Positions 7,364-15,320 of a stretch of 64,000 nucleotides of DNA are shown piece after piece. How positions within the stretch are numbered: position 1 is the first letter of the stretch; each line of letters starts with the position of its first letter. The stretch spans positions 10,067 through 74,066 of IMG/VR virus record IMGVR_UViG_3300027973_000048. One strand, 5' to 3'. Made by a program: the position numbers and the translations under genes. This stretch comes from a virus. The notes beneath the pieces are model-generated. The model saw nothing but the letters and a program-made list of their open reading frames with translations, ran no database searches and was not told the origin of the DNA.

Positions 7364-9301
7364 ATGAAAGATCCAATCCAAGAATCATTAAATAAAATTC
7401 GTCTAGTAGAATCACAACAGGTTGATGAATATAGTTGGGACGAATTCAAACAAGATGCAGGCGATGCAGGTCGTGGTGCCTGGCAAGGTGCAACTTTTGG
7501 ATTAGGCAATAAAATTGCTGCTGGTGCTAAATCAGCATTTGGCAAACAATCATATCAGGATTATTTGGATCAAGAAGAAAAAGCTGATGCTGCTGCTAAA
7601 GAACGTAGCCCTTGGCTTTATGGTACAGGCGAACTGGCTGGCGGAATTGGTGTTCCAGGAGCAGGACTTGCTGGCGTATTAGCTAGAAAGGGTGCTACAA
7701 AATTGGCTGGAAAAGCATTAGGAACTGGTGCTCGAGGTACTAAATGGGCAGAAAGAACTGGAAAAGCTGGCGAAACCGTAGCTAGCGATGCTGTTAATAA
7801 ATATGGCAGTGATGTTATCCAGCAAACAGGAAACAGTTTGCTTGATAAATTGGCTGTTCCAGCGGCCGTTGCAGGTGCTGCGGCAACTGGAGCAGTAGCT
7901 GCCAACACTGTGGGTTCAAGAAAACTAGATCCTGATCCCAAAGTTCAAGCATTACAAAACAAATTAATTGCCAAAGGTGCAACAATTAAAGCGGACGGTA
8001 TTATGGGACCAAAAACTCAAGCAGCTATGAAACAATATGGCATTACTATGGAATCAAAAAGTAGCTTAATGATGGAATTAATGGATATGGAGGAAGCTAG
8101 AGGTAGAGTTCGTCCAAACAGCCGATTCGACGATCCAAAATCTTTTAAAGGCGGAAGCGCTTCATCATCGGCACCAGCACCAGAACCAAAATCTGCTCCT
8201 GCTCCTGCTCCTGCTCCAGCACCAAAAAAACCTCGCTATACTGCTTCTGAGATTAATGCTCATAGCGCAGCAGGTGGAAAGTTTGATCCAGCGACAGGAG
8301 AGATGATTCCTCTTCCAAAAACTCCAGCTAATAATCGAGTTAGAAATAAAGAATTACAGCCAAGTGGGGGAGAATTATCTAGACAACAAAGAACAAGATC
8401 TAATTTAAACAGAGAACCAAGAACAACTACTCCCCCACCTGCAGAGCCATCAAGACTTGGTCAACTAGCAAAAAATACTGCCATAGGATTAGGCACAGCA
8501 GGAGCTACAGTCGCTGGCACTGCATTACTTGACAAATGGTTGAATAGCAAGTCAAACGACCCCGCAAATGATCCCGCTAATGGCGGTGGTTCAGCAGGCG
8601 GTGGTTCAGCAGGCGGTGGCGCTGGAGGAGGCGAAGGCGGAGTTGCTGGAGGGGGTGAAGGTGGTGGTGCCGGCGGTGGTACATCCAAAGGCGGCGGTGG
8701 CGGAGCTGGTGGCGAAGGCGGTGGCATCAGCACACAAACTGGTCCAGGAGGAAATAGCAGCGGTGACGAAGGAGAACCAATGAGACCTACTGGGAATAGA
8801 GCTTTATGGATGCGTAATGAATTAAAAGATCTAATGAAAGAAATTTCTACATATAACGACATACCTGAAGCAGTAGCTTTAAATAAAGAATATCAGGAAT
8901 TTATAAAATCAGATGTTGGACCTACACCTGGACCTGGACCTACACCTGGACCTACACCTGGACCTACACCTGGACCTACACCTGGACCAAGACCTAGACC
9001 AGAACCAAGACCAGAACCAAGACCAGAACCAAGACCAGAACCAAGACCAGAACCAACACCTGGACCTACACCTGGACCTGTTGCTCCGCAATCAGACGAA
9101 TGGTCATGGCAGGATGCTGGCAAATCAACTAAAGATGCTTTAAAAGCTGCTGGAAATGCTGCTTGGCAAGGGGCAAAAACTTTTGGTCATAATGTTGCAG
9201 ATTTTGGAAGAGGATTCATGAAAGAGGGCGAGGAAAATGGACTAAGAGAAGATCCTGAACTCACAGCTATTATTCATAATGCAGGATTGAATCGTAAATA
9301 G
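7364..9301 (+). CDS. Gly/Ala/Pro-rich virion protein with peptidoglycan-binding domain
   Basis: 645 aa; VQALQNKLIAKGATIKADGIMGPKTQAAM (PG_binding_1 pattern); GATFG and glycine-zipper-like helices; poly-Gly and PT/PR repeats. Confidence 0.75.
   Translation: MKDPIQESLNKIRLVESQQVDEYSWDEFKQDAGDAGRGAWQGATFGLGNKIAAGAKSAFGKQSYQDYLDQEEKADAAAKERSPWLYGTGELAGGIGVPGAGLAGVLARKGATKLAGKALGTGARGTKWAERTGKAGETVASDAVNKYGSDVIQQTGNSLLDKLAVPAAVAGAAATGAVAANTVGSRKLDPDPKVQALQNKLIAKGATIKADGIMGPKTQAAMKQYGITMESKSSLMMELMDMEEARGRVRPNSRFDDPKSFKGGSASSSAPAPEPKSAPAPAPAPAPKKPRYTASEINAHSAAGGKFDPATGEMIPLPKTPANNRVRNKELQPSGGELSRQQRTRSNLNREPRTTTPPPAEPSRLGQLAKNTAIGLGTAGATVAGTALLDKWLNSKSNDPANDPANGGGSAGGGSAGGGAGGGEGGVAGGGEGGGAGGGTSKGGGGGAGGEGGGISTQTGPGGNSSGDEGEPMRPTGNRALWMRNELKDLMKEISTYNDIPEAVALNKEYQEFIKSDVGPTPGPGPTPGPTPGPTPGPTPGPRPRPEPRPEPRPEPRPEPRPEPTPGPTPGPVAPQSDEWSWQDAGKSTKDALKAAGNAAWQGAKTFGHNVADFGRGFMKEGEENGLREDPELTAIIHNAGLNRK
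8918..9079 (+). repeat. 12-bp coding tandem repeats (GPTP)n and (RPEP)n
   Basis: Units ggacctacacct and ccagaaccaaga are visible in tandem. Confidence 0.9.
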
Positions 9302-9637
9302 TTATTGACTGTGCCAATAGCCTTGGAAACAATGGCGCAACTCATGGCCTAAGTTATGCATACTGGCATATTTGGCTGTGACAATTACACACTTGTTTCC
9401 GTCTTGAGTACCACAAGCTTTGATATTGGTATTGGTAATAGGCCCATAACCTCGAGCCACATTCAATTTGCTACAATAGTCACTTACATCATCTACCGCA
9501 CGCCACTCTACTTGAACAACATTGTAATTCCGTTTGGTGGCATCAAACTTAGCAGTGGGGTTATCCCACTCAAAATAATCAGCAGCCTGAGCTGTTACCG
9601 AATGTGCCAAAAATACTGCAAGGACAAGCTTTTTCAT
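9302..9637 (-). CDS. Small exported protein with HExxH motif (putative Zn-metallopeptidase fold)
   Basis: Signal peptide MKKLVLAVFLAHSVTAQA; C-terminal GHELRHC; 4 Cys; own consensus promoter. Confidence 0.65.
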   Translation of the reverse strand: MKKLVLAVFLAHSVTAQAADYFEWDNPTAKFDATKRNYNVVQVEWRAVDDVSDYCSKLNVARGYGPITNTNIKACGTQDGNKCVIVTAKYASMHNLGHELRHCFQGYWHSQ

Positions 9638-9668
9638 GATATGTAATGAAGTAGTTCAACATGTATAC

Positions 9669-9697
9669 ATTATATGCTCATATGGTAGAATTGTCAA
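9669..9697 (-). promoter_or_regulatory. Sigma70-type promoter for 9302..9637
   Basis: TTGACA-17 nt-TATAAT on the minus strand. Confidence 0.8.
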
Positions 9698-9707
9698 CTA
9701 CTTTTTG

Positions 9708-9736
9708 TTGACTTAGGCCAACAAATACAGTATACT
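9708..9736 (+). promoter_or_regulatory. Sigma70-type promoter for replication genes
   Basis: TTGACT-17 nt-TATACT, then an AGGAG RBS before 9757. Confidence 0.75.
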
Positions 9737-9756
9737 AGCAAAGTTAAGGAGATAAT

Positions 9757-10014
9757 ATGTCAAGTAGAATGTACGGTCCAGAAGAAAAGGCCAAATTGGA
9801 AAAACTCATCAACGAAGGATCCACTGTACTACGTGAAATTGAAGACCTTCAAGAGGGTCTCAAGGAAACAGTTAAAGCAGTGGCCGAAGAACTCAATGTC
9901 AAAACCAGCGTGATCAATCGTGCTATCAAGATTGCACACAAAGGTGATTGGAGTGCCCATGACAGTGATTGGAAGGAAGTGGAAGCAATTCTAGACATTA
10001 CCAAAAAAATCTAA
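9757..10014 (+). CDS. dsDNA-binding protein (T4 DsbA/GapR-like)
   Basis: 85 aa coiled-coil with EIEDLQEGLKETVKAVAEELNVKTSVINRAIK pattern; sits before DNA polymerase. Confidence 0.55.
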   Translation: MSSRMYGPEEKAKLEKLINEGSTVLREIEDLQEGLKETVKAVAEELNVKTSVINRAIKIAHKGDWSAHDSDWKEVEAILDITKKI

Positions 10015-10241
10015 TGTCCAAAATCAAAGACTCTATTATTGAATGGACGTTGACTGCACTACTGATTATTGGCGTGGCATTGACCAGTTTTAATGTCTAT
10101 CCATTAAATTTATGGGTGTGTTTAGCCGGCAATATTGGATGGATATATCTAGCATGGTGTTGGCGTAAATGGAGTTTATTTGTAGTGCAATTGATAATCA
10201 CTGTCATTTACATTTTAGGCATAAGTAAAGTATACTTGTAA
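10014..10241 (+). CDS. Small multi-pass membrane protein
   Basis: ATG overlaps the upstream TAA; 75 aa with about 3 hydrophobic segments. Confidence 0.7.
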   Translation: MSKIKDSIIEWTLTALLIIGVALTSFNVYPLNLWVCLAGNIGWIYLAWCWRKWSLFVVQLIITVIYILGISKVYL

Positions 10242-10245
10242 GGCA

Positions 10246-10292
10246 AGCAGGCCATAATCTGCTCAATCGGTATTTGTCTGCCACAAAAGACA
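10246..10292 (+). promoter_or_regulatory. Twin RNA hairpins in DNA polymerase leader (candidate translational operator)
   Basis: AGCAG-GCCATAAT-CTGCT and TGTCT-GCCACAAA-AGACA, the second ending just before the AGGAGAG RBS. Confidence 0.55.
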
Positions 10293-10303
10293 TAGGAGAG
10301 TTT

Positions 10304-12970
10304 ATGTACGTCGATGCTTATTTCGACCGTGACAATGATATTGTCAGGGTTGTGGAACGTAACCGTGATGGTAAAAGAGAATATAAAGATATTCCTGGCC
10401 GTTACACGTTATATTATGATGATCCCAAAGGCAAGTACACTAGCATTTACGGCAATACCGTAAACAAAATCACTTGTAAAACACTAAAGGATTTTCATAA
10501 AGAACTAAAGATTAATTCAAATAAAAAAATCTACGAAGCAGATATCAATCAAGTATTTGTCTGTTTGAGTGATAACTATCTCAACGCCGATGCGCCCAAA
10601 CTTAATGTGGCATTTTTTGACATCGAAGTAGACTTTGATCCAGAACGTGGCTATGCAAGCCCAGATGATGCATTTATGCCTATCACTGCTATCAGTGTAC
10701 ACTTACAATGGCTAGATACACTGATTTGTTTAGCAGTGCCGCCCAAAGGTATGAGCGTTGAAAAGGCTGAGGAACTAGTCAAGGAACTTCCCAACACATA
10801 TATCTTCAGTAATGAAGCTGATATGTTGGACACATTCTTAAACTTAATTGAAGACGCTGACGTATTAACTGGTTGGAACAGTGAGGGCTACGATATACCC
10901 TACACTGTTAACCGTGTGACCAAAGCATTGAGTAAGGACGATACTAGACGTCTTTGTCTATGGAATCATTATCCTAGACGAAGAGAATATGAAAAATACG
11001 GCAAAAAAGCAGTCACTTATGATCTTGTAGGGCGTGTACACTTAGACAGTTTGGAATTATATCGACGTTACACTTATGAGGAACGTCATACTTACAGATT
11101 AGACGCCATTGGTGAAATGGAGATTGGTGAACGTAAAACTGTCTATGAGGGTACACTGGATCAACTTTATAACAATGACTTTAAAACGTTCATTGAATAC
11201 AATCGTCAAGACTGTGCTCTATTAGACAAGCTAGATAAAAAACTTAAATTTATCGACTTAGCTAATACATTGGCACATGAAAATACTGTGCTACTACAGA
11301 CTACTATGGGTGCTGTAGCAGTTACTGAGCAGGCCATTATCAATGAGGCACATCGTAAAGGTGTGGTCGTCCCCAATAGAACTAAAATGAGCGAGCGTGA
11401 GGATACTGCGGCAGCAGGTGCTTATGTTGCTCATCCCAAAGAAGGCATTCATGACTGGATTGGTTCAGTTGATATTAACAGTCTATATCCATCAGCCATT
11501 AGAGCACTTAATATGGGACCAGAAACTATTATTGGTCAATTGCGTCCCAATCTAACTGATCAATATATCTATGATCAAATAAACGATCATAAGAAAAGTT
11601 TTGCTGGTGCTTGGGAAGGTAAATTTGGTTCATTAGAATATGAAGCAGTAATGAACAAAGAGATTGGCACTGAAATTGTCATTGACTGGGAAAATGGAGA
11701 AACTGATGTAGTCAGTGCCGCTGAAACATATAAACTAATTTTTGACAGCAATCAACCTTGGATGTTGAGTGCTAACGGTACAATTTTTACTTATGAAAAA
11801 GAAGGAGTTATTCCTGGCCTACTAAAACGCTGGTATAGTGAACGTAAAGAAATGCAGGCCAAACTAAGGGAGGCCATAAATGCTGGTAACAAAATTGATG
11901 AAGAGTATTGGGATAAACGCCAATTGGTTAAGAAAATTAACCTCAATAGTCTTTACGGTGCTATTCTTAATCCTGGCTGCCGCTTTTTTGATAAGCGTAT
12001 TGGTCAATCAACCACGCTCACAGGCAGACAAGTTGCCAAGCACATGGCTGCTAAGGTAAATGAAATCATCACAGGAAAATATGACCATGTAGGCAAAGCT
12101 ATCATTTACGGTGACACTGACTCAGCATATTTTAGCGCATATAAAACACTAAAAAATGAAATTGAAAAAGGTACCGTACCTTGGAGTAAGGACAATGTCA
12201 TCTTCCTATATGATCAAATTGCCGATGAAGTCAACGGCACTTTTGCACAATTTATGTTGGATGCTTTTCATTGTCCAAAGAGTCGTGGTGAAGTCATTAA
12301 GGCGGGTAGAGAACTAGTGGCTACCAAAGGATTGTTTATTGCTAAAAAGCGTTATGCAGTATTATATTATGATAAAGAAGGCAAACGCACTGATGTCAAT
12401 GACAAGCCTGGCAAGATTAAGGCCATGGGACTAGACTTGAAGCGCAGTGATACTCCAGAATTTATTCAAGACTTTTTAAGCAAAGTCTTAGAAATGGTTC
12501 TAACTGGCAGCGAAGAACGAGAAGTCATTGACTATATTAATGAATTCAGAACTGAATTTAAACTTCGTCCTGGTTGGGAGAAGGGCAGTCCTAAACGTGC
12601 CAACAATATTACTGAATATCAGATAAAAGAAAACAAACCAGGTAAGGCCAATTTACCAGGGCACGTTCGTGCAAGCCTTAATTGGAACAACTTAAAAACT
12701 ATGAACAGTGACAAATATTCCATGAGTATTACTGATGGTGCCAAAGTTGTTGTGTGCAAACTAAAAAACAATCCACTAAATTATACTTCAGTGGCTTATC
12801 CAGTGGATGAATTGAGATTACCTCAATGGTTTAAGGATTTGCCATTTGATCACGATGGTATGGAAAATTCCATCATTGATAACAAATTAGAAAACTTAAT
12901 CAGTGTGCTAGGATGGAATTTCCAAAGCACTGAAGAAACGAACACATTCAATAAGTTTTTTAATTTTTAA
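10304..12970 (+). CDS. Family B DNA polymerase (T4 gp43-like)
   Basis: Exonuclease motifs FDIEV and GWNSEGYD; polymerase motifs DINSLYPS, KINLNSLYG and YGDTDS; start moved to the ATG after AGGAGAG. Confidence 0.97.
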   Translation: MYVDAYFDRDNDIVRVVERNRDGKREYKDIPGRYTLYYDDPKGKYTSIYGNTVNKITCKTLKDFHKELKINSNKKIYEADINQVFVCLSDNYLNADAPKLNVAFFDIEVDFDPERGYASPDDAFMPITAISVHLQWLDTLICLAVPPKGMSVEKAEELVKELPNTYIFSNEADMLDTFLNLIEDADVLTGWNSEGYDIPYTVNRVTKALSKDDTRRLCLWNHYPRRREYEKYGKKAVTYDLVGRVHLDSLELYRRYTYEERHTYRLDAIGEMEIGERKTVYEGTLDQLYNNDFKTFIEYNRQDCALLDKLDKKLKFIDLANTLAHENTVLLQTTMGAVAVTEQAIINEAHRKGVVVPNRTKMSEREDTAAAGAYVAHPKEGIHDWIGSVDINSLYPSAIRALNMGPETIIGQLRPNLTDQYIYDQINDHKKSFAGAWEGKFGSLEYEAVMNKEIGTEIVIDWENGETDVVSAAETYKLIFDSNQPWMLSANGTIFTYEKEGVIPGLLKRWYSERKEMQAKLREAINAGNKIDEEYWDKRQLVKKINLNSLYGAILNPGCRFFDKRIGQSTTLTGRQVAKHMAAKVNEIITGKYDHVGKAIIYGDTDSAYFSAYKTLKNEIEKGTVPWSKDNVIFLYDQIADEVNGTFAQFMLDAFHCPKSRGEVIKAGRELVATKGLFIAKKRYAVLYYDKEGKRTDVNDKPGKIKAMGLDLKRSDTPEFIQDFLSKVLEMVLTGSEEREVIDYINEFRTEFKLRPGWEKGSPKRANNITEYQIKENKPGKANLPGHVRASLNWNNLKTMNSDKYSMSITDGAKVVVCKLKNNPLNYTSVAYPVDELRLPQWFKDLPFDHDGMENSIIDNKLENLISVLGWNFQSTEETNTFNKFFNF

Positions 12971-12973
12971 AAC

Positions 12974-13002
12974 TTGACAGAAGACTTTTTTCTAAATAAA
13001 AT
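12974..13002 (+). promoter_or_regulatory. Sigma70 promoter with overlapping late TAAATA
   Basis: TTGACA-17-TAAAAT; TAAATA at 12993-12998. Confidence 0.7.
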
Positions 13003-13019
13003 TAACAAAGGAGAATATT

Positions 13020-13751
13020 ATGATTAAAGACATTTTAACAGATATCGTAGCACATACTCATGCATTGGGGTTTTTAACAACCATTAAAATTACCAGTGAT
13101 GACAAAGAAACTGTAATTGACGGTATCTCTGAAGACAAAGGCGTGATCTTTAATGCCAAAATGAAAAATCCAGTAGCCGAATTTGAAGGCACGTTTGGCA
13201 TGACTAATCTTGACAAATTAAATTTGCATTTGAAAAGTCCTGAGTACAAAGAAAACGCTACCATTGAAGTGGTAAAAAATTCTAAAGCTAAAGGTTCTGC
13301 ACCAAGCAATTTATATTTTGAAAATGAAACTGGCGACTTTACCAATGAATTTAGATTCATGTCAACTCAGACAATTAATTCTGTTATTAAGCCACTTTCA
13401 TTCAAAGGTGCAAAATGGGATATTTCATTTACCCCTAGCGTAATTGCTATTCAAAGATTGAAATTACAAGCCCAAGTACATTCTAGTGAAACAAAATTTA
13501 CTACCACTGTGGATAATAAAAACCTTGTATGCAGCTTTGGCGATGCCAGCACTCATGCTGGTAACTTTATTTTTCAAACTAATGTTACCAAACTTAAAAA
13601 TGAACTAAAATGGCCAATTCAACAAATTATATCAATCCTAAGTTTGAGTGGTGACTGCACTATGCACATTTCAGATGAAGGACTTATGATGATCACTATT
13701 GACAGCGGCATTGGTGAATACAACTATATTTTACCAGCACAAACAAAATAA
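13020..13751 (+). CDS. Sliding clamp (gp45/PCNA-like)
   Basis: 243 aa alpha/beta protein directly after the polymerase; C-terminal MHISDEGLMMITIDSG..YNYILPA resembles clamp beta-strands. Confidence 0.7.
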   Translation: MIKDILTDIVAHTHALGFLTTIKITSDDKETVIDGISEDKGVIFNAKMKNPVAEFEGTFGMTNLDKLNLHLKSPEYKENATIEVVKNSKAKGSAPSNLYFENETGDFTNEFRFMSTQTINSVIKPLSFKGAKWDISFTPSVIAIQRLKLQAQVHSSETKFTTTVDNKNLVCSFGDASTHAGNFIFQTNVTKLKNELKWPIQQIISILSLSGDCTMHISDEGLMMITIDSGIGEYNYILPAQTK

Positions 13752-13760
13752 TAACCCTTC

Positions 13761-15320
13761 ATGAACACTAACCTAACATCAACACAACTAGATTACGCTA
13801 AGTTTCTACCAGCAACTAGTACTTTTTATGCTACCTTTATAGGTAAACAACGCTATTTCAATTACGTTGACCCAGCACGTATACCTAAAAGTTTTAAAAA
13901 TGGCATAGAAAGTATGAACTATTTGGATCCAATAAAAGGTCAATTTTACTATGAATGGTGCCTTTATAGTGCTGGTCATGCTAATTTAGACTTGTCTAAA
14001 CCCTGTGAAAGGGAGGACATGTTCCGTAATCGTGATCGTAATACTAGTTGGGTGTTAGGTGACAGTGGTGGATTCCAAATTGGTAAGGGCAAATGGGAAG
14101 GCGATTGGAAAAACCCTAATTGCCCTAAGGCTCAAAAGAAACGCAGTCAAGTATTAAACTGGATGGACAGTTTAATGGACTATGGTATGAGTTTAGATAT
14201 TCCCAGTTGGGTTGGGCGTATTCCAGAGAATGCTCAAAAAACTGGCATCAATGACTTTAACGAAGCTGTACAAGGTACTCATATCAATAATGAATACTTT
14301 ATACGCAATAGAAATGGTCGTTGCAAGTTTTTAAATGTATTACAAGGTGAAGATCACGGTCAAGCAGATAACTGGTATAAAGAAATGAAAAAATATTCTG
14401 ATCCAAAACAATATCCAGACGCACACTTTAATGGGTGGGCAATGGGTGGTCAGAATATGTGTGACATTGATCTGGTACTAAGTCGCTTAGTTGAACTGCG
14501 ATTTGACGGGTTGTTGGAAAAAGGTGTGCAAGATTGGATGCACTTTTTGGGAACTAGTAAATTAGACTGGGCTGTCATGCTCACCGACATCCAACGAGCA
14601 GTGAGAAAATATCATAATCCTAACTTTACTATTAGTTTTGACTGTGCCAGTCCATTTTTGGCCACAGCAAATGGTCAAATTTATTATCAGACAGAAACTA
14701 AGGATAAATCCAAATGGACTTATAGAATGGGCGCTGGTGCTGATGATAAAAAATACAAAGCTGATCGTAGATTTTATAAAAACGCAGTGCTACAAGATAA
14801 AATTTTGGACATATTTGAAAGCAGTCCTATTATAGACAAGATTAGACTAAATGAAATCTGTGTTTATGGCCCGGGTGATTTGAATAAAGTTGGCCAAAGT
14901 AATAAAACCAGCTGGGATAGTTTTAGTTATGGCATTATGATGGGTCATAATGTATGGCATCATATCAATGCTGTACAAGAAGCTAATAGACAATATGACT
15001 CAGGAATTAGTCCCAATATGCTATACCCTAAAGGATTTACTTCAGAATCATTTAGAGACATTGTTGACGAAATTTTTGCTACTAGTGACAAAGGCAAAGC
15101 ACTTGATCTAATCAAAAAAAAATATTCATATTTTTGGAAATACGTTATTGGTACTAGAGGAGTTAGCGGAGATCGTGCTGTTAGCCCAATTCCTAATTAT
15201 AATAAATTTTTTACTGAATTGAATGTCGAAATTAAAGAAGAATTTGATGAGGAAGATGCACTCAAACTAGAAGCATTAGTAAATGAATTTGAACATGAGG
15301 AGAACAATGAAACCACTTAG
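13761..15320 (+). CDS. dpdA: TGT-fold 7-deazaguanine DNA transglycosylase (DpdA-like)
   Basis: TGT motifs GDSGGFQ, MSLDIP, NVLQG, GWAMGG, HFLG and SFDCASP; clustered with folE, queE and a QueD-fold gene. Confidence 0.8.
   Translation: MNTNLTSTQLDYAKFLPATSTFYATFIGKQRYFNYVDPARIPKSFKNGIESMNYLDPIKGQFYYEWCLYSAGHANLDLSKPCEREDMFRNRDRNTSWVLGDSGGFQIGKGKWEGDWKNPNCPKAQKKRSQVLNWMDSLMDYGMSLDIPSWVGRIPENAQKTGINDFNEAVQGTHINNEYFIRNRNGRCKFLNVLQGEDHGQADNWYKEMKKYSDPKQYPDAHFNGWAMGGQNMCDIDLVLSRLVELRFDGLLEKGVQDWMHFLGTSKLDWAVMLTDIQRAVRKYHNPNFTISFDCASPFLATANGQIYYQTETKDKSKWTYRMGAGADDKKYKADRRFYKNAVLQDKILDIFESSPIIDKIRLNEICVYGPGDLNKVGQSNKTSWDSFSYGIMMGHNVWHHINAVQEANRQYDSGISPNMLYPKGFTSESFRDIVDEIFATSDKGKALDLIKKKYSYFWKYVIGTRGVSGDRAVSPIPNYNKFFTELNVEIKEEFDEEDALKLEALVNEFEHEENNETT

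Noticed and set aside
952-9143. Minus-strand and off-frame ORFs over the head-protein genes (e.g. 5044..5520, 8461..8862, 8913..9143)
   Set aside because: They are fully nested in longer genes, mirror low-complexity repeats, and have no supporting RBS or promoter that I could see.
10304-12970. Intein or intron in polymerase (also checked TerL and UvsX)
   Set aside because: The ORFs are continuous and of normal length, with no intein or homing-endonuclease motifs seen.
13761-15320. Ordinary tRNA-guanine transglycosylase (queuosine tRNA)
   Set aside because: It lacks the CxCxxC zinc site of bacterial Tgt, is much longer, follows the clamp gene, and has no queA/queF/queG nearby. A DNA-acting role is preferred but unproven.
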